From Patescibacteria group bacterium (GTDB lineage: Bacteria; Patescibacteriota; Microgenomatia; PFEM01; JAHIFH01): a stretch of 64,000 nucleotides of DNA. The notes below the pieces were generated by a model. It was not told where the DNA came from. It ran no database searches and saw only the letters and a program-made list of their open reading frames with translations. Position 1 is the stretch's first letter. Each line of letters opens with the position of its first letter. Shown piece by piece: positions 35,937 through 45,290 of the stretch. The position numbers and the translations under genes are program-made. The DNA is taken from NCBI GenBank assembly GCA_035529375.1, contig DATKWU010000017.1, forward strand, positions 2,579-66,578, read 5' to 3'.

Positions 35937-37750
35937 CGAAGATCAATTGGAAATAAATTCTCAAGTTCAGTTTTGGAAATTTGAGTGTTACCTGTGATAT
36001 ATTGAATGACTTTTAATTTGTCTTTCGATCTTAGCTGCTTGACGAGATTTTCAGTGGAGATTTTAGTTTTGTTCGGGAGAAAGATTACGTTGACGTGATT
36101 TTCACCAATAAATTTCATATTTGGAGGAACAACTGCCACTTTTAGCTTAGCTGAATTAACTGCGCCAGTGATTCTGTTAACGACAATCGCAGGCCCGGTA
36201 TCATAATTCTTTGTTTTGATGTATTGGGGTTTTTTAGGATTGTTTGTTAACCTTAAGCCCTTTGAAGTAATGTTATGAGCCCAGATTAGGGGAATTCCCT
36301 TTTTAGAATCTTTAGTTAGTAAATTTTTATTTTGATTCCAAACCAATCTTCCTGTTTTAACTTGAAAACCTAAGTTAGACAATGTTGTTTTTCCTTGAAA
36401 AGATTTCTTAAGATAAGCCGGATTTTCTGTAAAAATTGTAATGCCGTTTTTTTTGAAAATGTAATTGCCTTTGTTTTCCCCCTTTTTTAACACAAGCAAC
36501 ATTGTTGTTTGAAGAGCTTGATGAAATAGTTTTGGGCTATTTAAGATTGAGAGATACTCTATGTTTGAATGTTTAATAATATATTTTCTTAGGTCAGCAA
36601 AATAAGCCCCATTATTCATTGAAGGTGGAAGCACGAAAGCTAAATAACCTCCAGGCCTTAATAAATCTAGGCTAAGTTTGATAAAAAAGGCAAATATATT
36701 GGGTCGGCCACTGACGACTTCCTGGTATTTCTTTTTAATCATATTTTCAGGTTTGAATTCAAAATAAGGAGGATTACCGATTATAAAGTCAAACTTTTCT
36801 TTTGTTGTGTGCTTTAAGCTATCAACAGTCTCAAGATTTGCCCGGGGAACAACGACGCGAGCTCTTTTAATTAATTCTTCTTCGATATCCCAACCAAATA
36901 AAGAAGGGTTTTTAAAATATTTACTGGCTGTTAATAAAAATTCTCCAGTACCGCAGGCTGGGTCCAAAATTTTAAGACCCTTTTTATTTTTGGGCAATTT
37001 TTTAAATAGTTTTTCCCTTATTGAGCGGGGAGTAAAATATTGTCCCTTAGTTTTCCTATATTCACGATTTGTATTTTGAATATACTGGATTGTCAGTTCA
37101 TGGAATTCTTCTCTTAACCTGGAAAGAGAAAAGCCATTTGTTACTGATAAGTCAGTGGATTTTCTTATTAGACCACAGAATTTTCCTCTAATCTCTAGCT
37201 TTTTAGGAGAATATTTTTTGAATTTTTTGCTCCGAGGCTCCAAGAAAATTTTACCACCGCTTTTTCTAAAAATTTTCAGCGTGGCGCCTTTTTCCGTAAT
37301 AGCAACTACAGTATCCCCGGATTCAGCGGTTATTTGATGCCTAATAAGCACGATGTCGTTATCAATTATACCCATGTCAAACATGCTGTCTCCAACGACC
37401 TTTAAGGCGTAGTGAGGAAAGCGAGTATCAAGTTTGATATTTTGAGGAATTTCTATGTCTTCTGGATTTTCGATAGGTTCTATTGGTTTACCAGCGGCGA
37501 TATTTCCCAACAAAGGAATTGTTTTGGTTTTATTAGTGGGTATGATGCCGCGGTTTTTATAAGGAGCTCTTTTCAAGTAATCTTTTTTCTCTAGTTCCTC
37601 GACAAAATACTGGGCAGTGCTGAGGTTAGTAGCGCCGAGGAATTTGGCGATTTCCTTTAGCGAGGGAGAATATCCGTTTTTAGCGATAAACGAGGTGATG
37701 AAGTCGAGCGTTTTCTTTTGCTTTTTGGTTAAAGGTTTTAGCTCTTGCAT
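35933..37750 (-). CDS. Fusion protein: full-length LexA repressor (wHTH plus S24 self-cleaving peptidase) joined to a gamma-class N6-adenine DNA methyltransferase (TaqI-like)
   Basis: The LexA part includes NIAAGKPIEP (an Ala-Gly cleavage site), VVGDSMFDMGIIDNDIVL (catalytic Ser) and GDTVVAITEKGATLKIF (catalytic Lys). After a linker at about residue 200 come MTase motif I ILDPACGTGEFL and motif IV IIGNPPYF, then a TRD-like C-terminus. It is one uninterrupted 605-aa ORF. Confidence 0.7.
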   Translation of the reverse strand: MQELKPLTKKQKKTLDFITSFIAKNGYSPSLKEIAKFLGATNLSTAQYFVEELEKKDYLKRAPYKNRGIIPTNKTKTIPLLGNIAAGKPIEPIENPEDIEIPQNIKLDTRFPHYALKVVGDSMFDMGIIDNDIVLIRHQITAESGDTVVAITEKGATLKIFRKSGGKIFLEPRSKKFKKYSPKKLEIRGKFCGLIRKSTDLSVTNGFSLSRLREEFHELTIQYIQNTNREYRKTKGQYFTPRSIREKLFKKLPKNKKGLKILDPACGTGEFLLTASKYFKNPSLFGWDIEEELIKRARVVVPRANLETVDSLKHTTKEKFDFIIGNPPYFEFKPENMIKKKYQEVVSGRPNIFAFFIKLSLDLLRPGGYLAFVLPPSMNNGAYFADLRKYIIKHSNIEYLSILNSPKLFHQALQTTMLLVLKKGENKGNYIFKKNGITIFTENPAYLKKSFQGKTTLSNLGFQVKTGRLVWNQNKNLLTKDSKKGIPLIWAHNITSKGLRLTNNPKKPQYIKTKNYDTGPAIVVNRITGAVNSAKLKVAVVPPNMKFIGENHVNVIFLPNKTKISTENLVKQLRSKDKLKVIQYITGNTQISKTELENLFPIDLR

Positions 37751-37798
37751 CTACAGTAAGTTTATGATAGATTTACAGTATTGTCAAGTAGGACATAA

Positions 37799-39604
37799 TT
37801 GAAGATAAAAATTAAAATGAAAGAGGCAGAATACGACAAACTAATTTCCCAGTTGGAAGCGGAAGCATCATCCGTTAAATACGATTTTCAGATTGCTGAC
37901 GCGATCAATAAGATTATTGAGGAGCAAAAAGGCAAGCTAACCCCCAGGCAGGAACAGCAACTAAAATGGGAATACTTGCTATTTAGGCTTATGACCAAGA
38001 ATAGTTTTGCGTCCGATGGACTGAAAACTGAGCGGTTCAAGCCAATGGCAACATTTACAGATGGCTCGATCTTTCCTGACCCAGACGGGTTTCCTGATAC
38101 AGCACTTGGTTATTTTGAATCAAGAACGGTTTCTTCTACTAACCCCATCCTCAAAGCTAGATATTTGGACTTTCTGTGGGAAAAATCCAAATCAAAAAAT
38201 AAACACCTTTTTGCCCGCGAGTCTATCGATCAATATCTGTTAACTGTTGATGAGTATGACAACGAAGATGCCATTATGGAAAGGCTGGACGGACTTCAGA
38301 GAGCAACTGAACTCTGTCTAATTTTTGAGTCTAAACTTCCCAAGAGGCCCCTCACTAAGAAGGTAGTAGCCAAACTTGTTGAGCAAATTGATAAAACTGC
38401 TCAGACAGGTAATTATCGCTGGTTGATAGAGATGTTTGAGTTAGTGCTAGCGTTGCCGTCTTTCTTTTCCCAGAAGCAAATAAAAGATTACATTGCTTTA
38501 TGCAAGGCTGCTGCCGCTCACTACCATTCTGACCAAAACTTTCATCTTCAGCGTAGCTTCCTCGATCTTAAAGCAGAGATGACCAAATTGCTTAAAATCT
38601 CAGTAGTTAAACAAAAAGCGATTCAAGAGGAAATTGGGCAGTCCTTTATCGACGAAGCAGAGGCAAAGTCTGCGAGCGGTTTGGTTAAAATACACTTCCT
38701 CCAGGAGGCAATCCAGCATTACTCTAAACTTGGAAACAAACAAAAAGTCAATGAACTAATTGCTGAAGTAAAGGCTGCTACTAAACAGGCAATCGATAAT
38801 AAGGAATTTAAGGAACTTTCTTCTACCATCAAAATTGACTCAAAGGTTATCGAAAAAATGAAAGCTAGTCTTGGTACGGGCGAAGAAGTGCCAGAAAGAA
38901 TGGGAACACTTCCTACTTTTTTTCCCAACTGGGATCACGCAGTTAAGCTAACAGCAAAGCTCAGTAAAAAATATGTTTTTCAGCATTTGGTTGGAACGGT
39001 TCATTATGGCAGCCGATATCCTATTAGCCGTCCGCAGACTCCAGAGGAGGTACAAGAAGACCATGTTATGCAGAATTTCAAAATAGAAGCAGAACTTGCT
39101 TTAAAATGGCTTACTGGATTTCTTGCGGAATTGATAAAAGAAGGCAAAGTCTCGTTAACAGACTTCCAGAAATTTTTTTCTAAACTTCAAGTCGTTGATA
39201 AAGATACCTACGAGACGGTGTTGGTGGGTCTCGATTCTTATTTTAAGGGCGACCACTTCCATGCTGCCTATGTTCTTACATTGCAACTAGAGGATTTTTT
39301 AAGATACTTATTGGCTGTTTTTGGAGGTCAAACAACAGTTCCCGAAGCGGGTGCATTTAGAGAGAAAACTCTCGGCTCTGTGCTTGTGGAGCTAAAGCCT
39401 TATTTTTCAGATCTAGTTTATCATTACATCTCTTGGGTGACGGAAGATTATCGGGGATTTAATTTGCGCAATAACATTGCCCACGGGTTCTTTAAGAAAA
39501 AACATGCTAATCCGATTTACTCAACGGCTATATTACACATTTTCTGTCTCCTGATAGCCAATACCAAAATCTCAGTTAAGGAGCAAAAAAAAGATGAAAA
39601 ATGA
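37799..39604 (+). CDS. Large alpha-helical protein with a C-terminal HEPN-like Rx4HG motif (Abi-like defense candidate)
   Basis: C-terminal NLRNNIAHGFF fits Rx4HG. The product is 601 aa. Confidence 0.4.
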   Translation: MKIKIKMKEAEYDKLISQLEAEASSVKYDFQIADAINKIIEEQKGKLTPRQEQQLKWEYLLFRLMTKNSFASDGLKTERFKPMATFTDGSIFPDPDGFPDTALGYFESRTVSSTNPILKARYLDFLWEKSKSKNKHLFARESIDQYLLTVDEYDNEDAIMERLDGLQRATELCLIFESKLPKRPLTKKVVAKLVEQIDKTAQTGNYRWLIEMFELVLALPSFFSQKQIKDYIALCKAAAAHYHSDQNFHLQRSFLDLKAEMTKLLKISVVKQKAIQEEIGQSFIDEAEAKSASGLVKIHFLQEAIQHYSKLGNKQKVNELIAEVKAATKQAIDNKEFKELSSTIKIDSKVIEKMKASLGTGEEVPERMGTLPTFFPNWDHAVKLTAKLSKKYVFQHLVGTVHYGSRYPISRPQTPEEVQEDHVMQNFKIEAELALKWLTGFLAELIKEGKVSLTDFQKFFSKLQVVDKDTYETVLVGLDSYFKGDHFHAAYVLTLQLEDFLRYLLAVFGGQTTVPEAGAFREKTLGSVLVELKPYFSDLVYHYISWVTEDYRGFNLRNNIAHGFFKKKHANPIYSTAILHIFCLLIANTKISVKEQKKDEK

Positions 39605-40373
39605 TGCTCTGATTGCCAAAAGGCTCATTGAACAAACTTTGACCAACTGGGTCAATCCTGAGATTGAAAAAAGGAAGAGCGAAGATAAACTTCCATCGGA
39701 TTTTAGGATTAAGGCTGCTCAGGTAATTTTTTCAGTAGGCGGGCCACCTTTAGTCAGAATCAATAGCGAAGTTAAAGTTATTATAGAAGCCAAGTTTAAT
39801 CGTCCTATTGAGAAAGGCGAGGCGGTTTTGAATAAGGATATTGAGGATATACGCTCTTTTCGCCTTATTGATGAAGAAAAAGATTTTGGACATATCACCA
39901 TCGTAAAACTCACAAAAGGTTGGTTTGTGGGCTTTAGCTTTATTTATGATGTCTCGAAATCCAAAGAAATTTATGATATAGCCATTGAATTTATGAAGTC
40001 TGCTCACGCTGAACTTGAGGCCAAGAGATATCGTCCTTTTGTAGAAAGCGCTTTTGTTGCTGCCGAGAACCTTGCTAAGGCAAGAATTTATCTCCTTCCC
40101 GATCAAGAAATTAGGAAGACAAAGACCCACGGCCTCGTGCATGGAAAGGTAAATAGATATGCTCGGACGAGCAGTATCATAAAGACTGATCAAAAAGATG
40201 TCTTCAATGAACTGAAAAAATTAAGAGAGAGGGCTCGTTATGACCCAAGGTTTAGTATGGAACACAAAACTGCAGAGGAAATGTTCGAAGCGCTCAGGGA
40301 ATTAAGCAAGGAGGTTTTTCGCTATCTTGTTAGATTTGGTGAATTATCTGATAAAGCAAGCAGCGTTAGTTAA
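39594..40373 (+). CDS. Hypothetical protein with a possible Rx4HG motif, translationally coupled to the upstream HEPN-like gene
   Basis: IRKTKTHGLVHG contains R-KTKT-H-G, fitting Rx4HG. There is an 11-nt overlap with the upstream gene. Confidence 0.35.
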   Translation: MKNDALIAKRLIEQTLTNWVNPEIEKRKSEDKLPSDFRIKAAQVIFSVGGPPLVRINSEVKVIIEAKFNRPIEKGEAVLNKDIEDIRSFRLIDEEKDFGHITIVKLTKGWFVGFSFIYDVSKSKEIYDIAIEFMKSAHAELEAKRYRPFVESAFVAAENLAKARIYLLPDQEIRKTKTHGLVHGKVNRYARTSSIIKTDQKDVFNELKKLRERARYDPRFSMEHKTAEEMFEALRELSKEVFRYLVRFGELSDKASSVS

Positions 40374-40505
40374 CAAATACCAGAAGTTGTTGAGTTTGTT
40401 TGGCCGTGAACTCTGGGTATTCTCGGTAGTTTGCCCAATCTATTCTTCCGAAATCATACCATCGTTCGAGTTAACAACAAAACAACTTTCTTTCTAATGG
40501 TATAA

Positions 40506-41351
40506 TTGGGACAGAGCAAGTTCATGGAATTAGGGCAGGTAATCAAAAGAGTCCCGGGCTTCAGAAGTGGAAGCAAAATAAAGGCGGGAATAGCCTCAGT
40601 CTTCTACTTGCTCGCAATTTTTTTCATCTTGCTGATTGTTGTCCCTCCTCCTGAAACTGAAAAATCCCAGATTGAAGAACAAGCGGCTACGCCCACTGAA
40701 GGTATTCTGGAATCTGAGACTGAAGAAGAGAGAGAAGAAGTTTTAGTTGCCAGGGTTATTGACGGCGACACCATTGAGATAGAAGGGGGACAAAAGGTCC
40801 GCTACATTGGGATAGACGCACCGGAATCGGTTGACCCGAATGAGCCGGTCGGTTGTTATGCCCAGGAAGCTTCTGAGAAGAACAAAGAGCTGGTTTTGAA
40901 TAAAAAAGTCAGGCTTGAAAAAGATGTTTCTGAAATGGACCGATACGGAAGACTGCTCCGTTATGTCTGGGTTGGAGATTTGCTGGTCAATGAATATTTG
41001 GTCAGGGAAGGTTACGCTCAGTCGAGCACCTATCCGCCTGACGTCAAATATCAAGACAAATTCATTGAGGCTCAGAAAAAAGCGAGGGAGGAAGAAAAGG
41101 GCCTTTGGAGCATTGACTGTGATACTTGGGGTCAATTCACACCTACTCCAAGGCCAACTCTTAAGGCTACCCCGACACCGACTCCAATTTCCAAAAGCAC
41201 AATTTATACATGTGATTGTTCAAAAACTTGCACACAAATATCATCCTGCGAGGAGGCCCAATACCAACTTAATGTTTGTGGATGTTCAGCTAGAGATGGG
41301 GATAAAGATGGGATAGCTTGTGATGGCCCCCCTCTTAATTGCCAGAAATGA
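40506..41351 (+). CDS. Membrane-anchored thermonuclease (SNase-like) with a C-terminal Excalibur calcium-binding domain
   Basis: VIDGDTIEI...RYIGIDAPE...DRYGRLLRYV is the SNase fold. DGDKDGIACDG is an Excalibur DxDxDGxxC motif. There is an N-terminal TM helix and a Thr/Pro-rich linker. Confidence 0.8.
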   Translation: MGQSKFMELGQVIKRVPGFRSGSKIKAGIASVFYLLAIFFILLIVVPPPETEKSQIEEQAATPTEGILESETEEEREEVLVARVIDGDTIEIEGGQKVRYIGIDAPESVDPNEPVGCYAQEASEKNKELVLNKKVRLEKDVSEMDRYGRLLRYVWVGDLLVNEYLVREGYAQSSTYPPDVKYQDKFIEAQKKAREEEKGLWSIDCDTWGQFTPTPRPTLKATPTPTPISKSTIYTCDCSKTCTQISSCEEAQYQLNVCGCSARDGDKDGIACDGPPLNCQK

Positions 41352-41517
41352 AAACTGTATTTTATTTCAAGAGACCTTGCTAATTGTGTCACGATTATCA
41401 ATAAAGCGAAACAAGGTTCCTCGCAAAGCGAGGGTTCTTATCAAAAATTGAAGTTGTTCGTAGCGCAGGGCATTAAGCGCTGAAATCTTGGTGGCTCGTT
41501 TAGCGGGATAAATACCA

Positions 41518-42672
41518 GTGACGATTCCCACCAGAAGCGAAAGGAAAACAATGGCTAATCGTGCTTCAAAAAAGAAGATAAAAAAACCTCGGAATTACAA
41601 GAGAAGACGCGATATGAATAAAATAATTGCCTTTAGTGAAGAAAACCTAAAATCGATATTTTATGTAAGAAGAGGAGAAACAAAATATATCGGGTCGAGA
41701 GAGTCAACGATCCTAGAGTTTAAAGAAAATTTTAACTTTGGAAGTTTAGGAAAATATGCAAAGATAATGGCATCTTTTGCCAATACGAAGGGCGGGTACA
41801 TTGTTTTTGGGATCAAAAATAGTCCCAGAGAAATTATCGGAATAAATTTAACAAAATTTGAAAACATTGATATAGCAAAATTGACAGGAAGCCTTAATGA
41901 CATCTTCTCACCCGCGATTGAGTGGGATATAAGGTCGCACAGATGGAAAAGTAAAGATTTTGGGATCATATACACACACGAAAGCGATGAGAAGCCGATT
42001 ATTGCTACAAAAAATTATAAAGACATTATTAAGGAAGCAGAAATCTATTTTAGATACTATGGGAGAACGGAAACAATTAAATTTTCTGAGTTAAAGCAGA
42101 TTATACTTGAAAGGTCAGATCAGGAAAAAAGGGCATGGATGGAAGTTTTCAAGGAAGCCCTAGAAATTGGCCCTAAAAATGTGGCCCTACTAGACACTTT
42201 TAAAGGAAAGATTCAGGGTTTGGGTAAAACAGTTTTAATTGATGAAAAACTACTCCCAAAGCTTAAATTTATTAAGAAGGGAGAGTTTACTGAAAAGAAA
42301 GGCGAGCTTACCCTAAAGCTTGTAGGAGACTTAAAAACTGTTCCAGTTGGATTACTAAAAGAACGAAAGGTTATTTTGGGAGAAGATATTTACAGATATC
42401 GTGCAAGTAATGTTTGTAAGGTAGTTGAAAAAGAGATTAAAAAACAATTCAGAGTCGGGTCAGAGCATTTAAAAGCCTGGAGAGTCCATAAAATAAGAGA
42501 ATCTGGAAAACCATCAAAATTACCCTTTAGAAATGAATATTGTGAATATAAAGAGGCAGAAAGAGATTATCGCTACTCGAAGGCCTGGATAGATTTTCTA
42601 GTTGAAAAGTATTCTGACCAAAAAAAGTACAATGAACTAAAGAGACTACCGCAAAATCCACGTGTCAAATGA
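41518..42672 (+). CDS. AlbA_2 (Schlafen-like divergent AAA) domain protein with a Lys-rich N-terminus
   Basis: ESTILEFKENFN...KIMASFANTKGGYIVFGIK is the AlbA_2 signature. Confidence 0.55.
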   Translation: MTIPTRSERKTMANRASKKKIKKPRNYKRRRDMNKIIAFSEENLKSIFYVRRGETKYIGSRESTILEFKENFNFGSLGKYAKIMASFANTKGGYIVFGIKNSPREIIGINLTKFENIDIAKLTGSLNDIFSPAIEWDIRSHRWKSKDFGIIYTHESDEKPIIATKNYKDIIKEAEIYFRYYGRTETIKFSELKQIILERSDQEKRAWMEVFKEALEIGPKNVALLDTFKGKIQGLGKTVLIDEKLLPKLKFIKKGEFTEKKGELTLKLVGDLKTVPVGLLKERKVILGEDIYRYRASNVCKVVEKEIKKQFRVGSEHLKAWRVHKIRESGKPSKLPFRNEYCEYKEAERDYRYSKAWIDFLVEKYSDQKKYNELKRLPQNPRVK

Positions 42673-42700
42673 GTATACCAAACCATTTTTATAGCGAAAT

Positions 42701-43270
42701 ATGATTGATAATAAAGTCGGAAGTGATTGGCAGAAAAAATTTAGAAATCTATTTGAAAGTAAAGACTTGATTGTCGTTCCGCTCGATAAAAAGAGCAAGA
42801 ACAGAAGATGTGTGGATTTTTGGGTACACAAAAAGATAGACTATCAGGAAGGTTTTCTATGTGAAGTCAAATCTGTTAACGTCGTTGGATTTGATGAAGA
42901 AATAAAAGCGCAAATAAGTTCTCGGGATAATAAGTTTTGGGGTTCAGTTGGGAAAAATGTGCGCGAACATAACTATGATCATTATGGTGTTGAGAGTAAA
43001 GTCAGAGAACGGCTGATTGATGCTTTAAGCCAATATGAAGATTCATACTTAAGTCGCTTTAAAATAGTAAAAGAAGGAAAGCCTTTTGTAGTGGCTATCG
43101 GATTTGACTTTACCGCATTTCCCAATCAAGTAAATTTTTCTCAACTTCTTCAAGAGTTCCCGCTTGTTAGTGCCGTGTTGACACTTGAAGGGAATGATAT
43201 GGAAACCTTCAAGGTTTACACAAACAAAATTTCGAAAATCTCTTTTAGATCAGCCTGTTTTTTAAACTAA
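42701..43270 (+). CDS. Hypothetical protein with a possible PD-(D/E)xK nuclease motif
   Basis: VDFWVHKK...FLCEVKS contains D...EVK. This is weak evidence. Confidence 0.3.
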   Translation: MIDNKVGSDWQKKFRNLFESKDLIVVPLDKKSKNRRCVDFWVHKKIDYQEGFLCEVKSVNVVGFDEEIKAQISSRDNKFWGSVGKNVREHNYDHYGVESKVRERLIDALSQYEDSYLSRFKIVKEGKPFVVAIGFDFTAFPNQVNFSQLLQEFPLVSAVLTLEGNDMETFKVYTNKISKISFRSACFLN

Positions 43271-43294
43271 TAATATCTATTATAATCCAGACAG

Positions 43295-43777
43295 ATGTTT
43301 CCAAGAAGAAAAATCCTTACTGTTTTCTCAATTATTGCCGTTTTTTTCTTGATAGCCTTGGGTTTAAACGAAAGAGCAAGAAATCACCGAAGATTCGTTT
43401 CCACTTTTTCTGAAATGGTTATTAGCACCGATGAGGCCCTTTTAGACTTCTCTGAGGTAGATGTTAAATACTTGAAGGGTGAAGAAACTGAAGAGAACTA
43501 TAAAACAGCCTGGCTTGACCTTAATTACAAACTAGAACAGGTTAAGCAACAGGATGATAGGCTTCAAAGCCCACCAAAGGAGCTAGAAGAGCTTGTTTCC
43601 ACCTATCGGGCGGGATTATATCGGGTGCTTTCGGTAACTAATGACGTGGTGGACTACCTTAGTGGAGAGACAGAAGACCCAGTTATCATCATCAAAAACA
43701 GAGAAACATTTGAAGAGGGACTGAAACTATTAAGGGAAGTGAAGGATAAACTACAGCCCCCAGGGAAGATAGTTTAA
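43295..43777 (+). CDS. N-terminally anchored hypothetical protein
   Basis: One TM helix followed by a helical or coiled region. Confidence 0.35.
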   Translation: MFPRRKILTVFSIIAVFFLIALGLNERARNHRRFVSTFSEMVISTDEALLDFSEVDVKYLKGEETEENYKTAWLDLNYKLEQVKQQDDRLQSPPKELEELVSTYRAGLYRVLSVTNDVVDYLSGETEDPVIIIKNRETFEEGLKLLREVKDKLQPPGKIV

Positions 43778-43853
43778 TTTCTTTAAACAAAACACCCCCT
43801 TCGCATAAATATTTCATTATGCTCCCAAGCTACCTGAAAAATTCCATCATTGC

Positions 43854-44453
43854 CTATGGTATGTAGTAACCAAATCCAGGACTAGCCGGACTCTTGTATA
43901 TCAGGCCATGTTCATCAAGTGCTGGGTCGTTGGATACCTGCTGGATGATAGCGAATGCGCCCCAAATTGCTGGTCCGATTTCGACTCCATCGGCCGTATA
44001 CCAAGTTCCACCTATGTTTTCTGCGTCGGCAGGAGCGGCTACAATCTTAACAAAGTATTCCCAGTGTGAACCGTCTTCGTTAACTCCCGTTTGATGGTTA
44101 GTAAGCCATGCCCCAGAGCCAATGTAGGATGTGTAACCATAGTAGCGATCCAACAAATAGTCATCATTACAGTCTGTATTTGACAGCCAAGCATCATTCC
44201 ACTTCATCACTAGATCGACGTCACAGTAGTCACCTCCAATAACTCGGTCGTAGTCACAGTAGCGGCCATTGAACATGTGGGCCTGATAGTTGTAACCATA
44301 TTCATCGTATCCTGTTGTTAATAGTTCTCCCGTCGAGGCATATAGTTCTCCACTTTGAATGGTTTTGCAAGCTGGATCTGGCTTAGCTCCAAACACTGGG
44401 ACTGCGGCTAAAAGCAGGGCGGCGCCAGCGGCTAAAATTGCCCATTTCTTCAT
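43854..44453 (-). CDS. Secreted Cys-rich protein (signal peptide; Tyr/Asp/Gly-rich)
   Basis: Signal peptide MKKWAILAAGAALLLAAVPVFGA. Strong RBS aaaggaggtg. Higher GC than the surroundings. Confidence 0.45.
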   Translation of the reverse strand: MKKWAILAAGAALLLAAVPVFGAKPDPACKTIQSGELYASTGELLTTGYDEYGYNYQAHMFNGRYCDYDRVIGGDYCDVDLVMKWNDAWLSNTDCNDDYLLDRYYGYTSYIGSGAWLTNHQTGVNEDGSHWEYFVKIVAAPADAENIGGTWYTADGVEIGPAIWGAFAIIQQVSNDPALDEHGLIYKSPASPGFGYYIP

Positions 44454-44646
44454 TCTTTTTCACCTCCTTTCTTTATAAAAAAACCAGCCCTAAAGCTGGT
44501 TGTTATTAATAATTGGGCAGGAAATAGAGAAGAATTTCCTTTTCACTTCCTCTACCATAACAAACGCTATAAGTCTTGTCAATAACTCAAAATACATGGC
44601 ACATCTGTCTTCGCTCGTCAAGGGTTTTCAATAAACTGCGCTTCGC

Positions 44647-44931
44647 TTGCCCTTGACTTCACTTCGCCAGCTGTGCGGTTGGACATCTATCGGAGGCAAG
44701 GCCTCCACAAAAAAAATTATTAAAATGACCATCACTCAAATCCAAACCGCTATTTTAGGCTCACCGGAGTTTGAAATAAAACCAGAAGCGAATTACAAGC
44801 CCAGGGTTTCCGCTGAGCACCTCTGCCTGCTTTGGCTTCTGAAGAGAAAGACCGGCAAGCCGATTACCAAGCTGGTGGCCGAGGCGATTGACCTTTATTT
44901 AGAAACGGTTGACTGGCCGGAAAGGAGGTGA
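44647..44931 (+). CDS. Small hypothetical protein upstream of the DUF2958 gene
   Basis: 94-aa ORF. The true start may lie internally. Confidence 0.3.
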   Translation: MPLTSLRQLCGWTSIGGKASTKKIIKMTITQIQTAILGSPEFEIKPEANYKPRVSAEHLCLLWLLKRKTGKPITKLVAEAIDLYLETVDWPERR

Positions 44932-44937
44932 GACTAG

Positions 44938-45270
44938 ATGGAGCTATTGACCAGAGAGCTTGAAAAAAGATTTGCCAAAGTTGGCCGCCAGGAAAACAAA
45001 GAGGACCCGTTGGTGATTGCCAAGTTTTTTAATCCGGCCGGAGCCGGCAGCTGGTACGCCACCGAATACGACCCGAGAAAGAAAATGTTTTTCGGGTATG
45101 TGTCACTCTATGGCGACGGGAACGACGATTGGGGCTATTTTTCCTTAAAAGAACTGGAAGATTTCGAAAGCCCGTATGGAACCGGCATTGAAAGGGATCT
45201 TGAATTTGGGGAATGCCGGTCAAGTAAGATTGTCACCAAAGTTTGGCCAAATATTGAAATCGCAGAATAA
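44938..45270 (+). CDS. DUF2958-family protein (plasmid/ICE-associated)
   Basis: MELLTRELEKRF...DPLVIAKFFNPAGAGSWYATEYDP...FGYVSL...GYFSLKELE is the DUF2958 consensus pattern. Confidence 0.6.
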   Translation: MELLTRELEKRFAKVGRQENKEDPLVIAKFFNPAGAGSWYATEYDPRKKMFFGYVSLYGDGNDDWGYFSLKELEDFESPYGTGIERDLEFGECRSSKIVTKVWPNIEIAE

Positions 45271-45290
45271 GAAAGACTTCTCTCGTTAAA

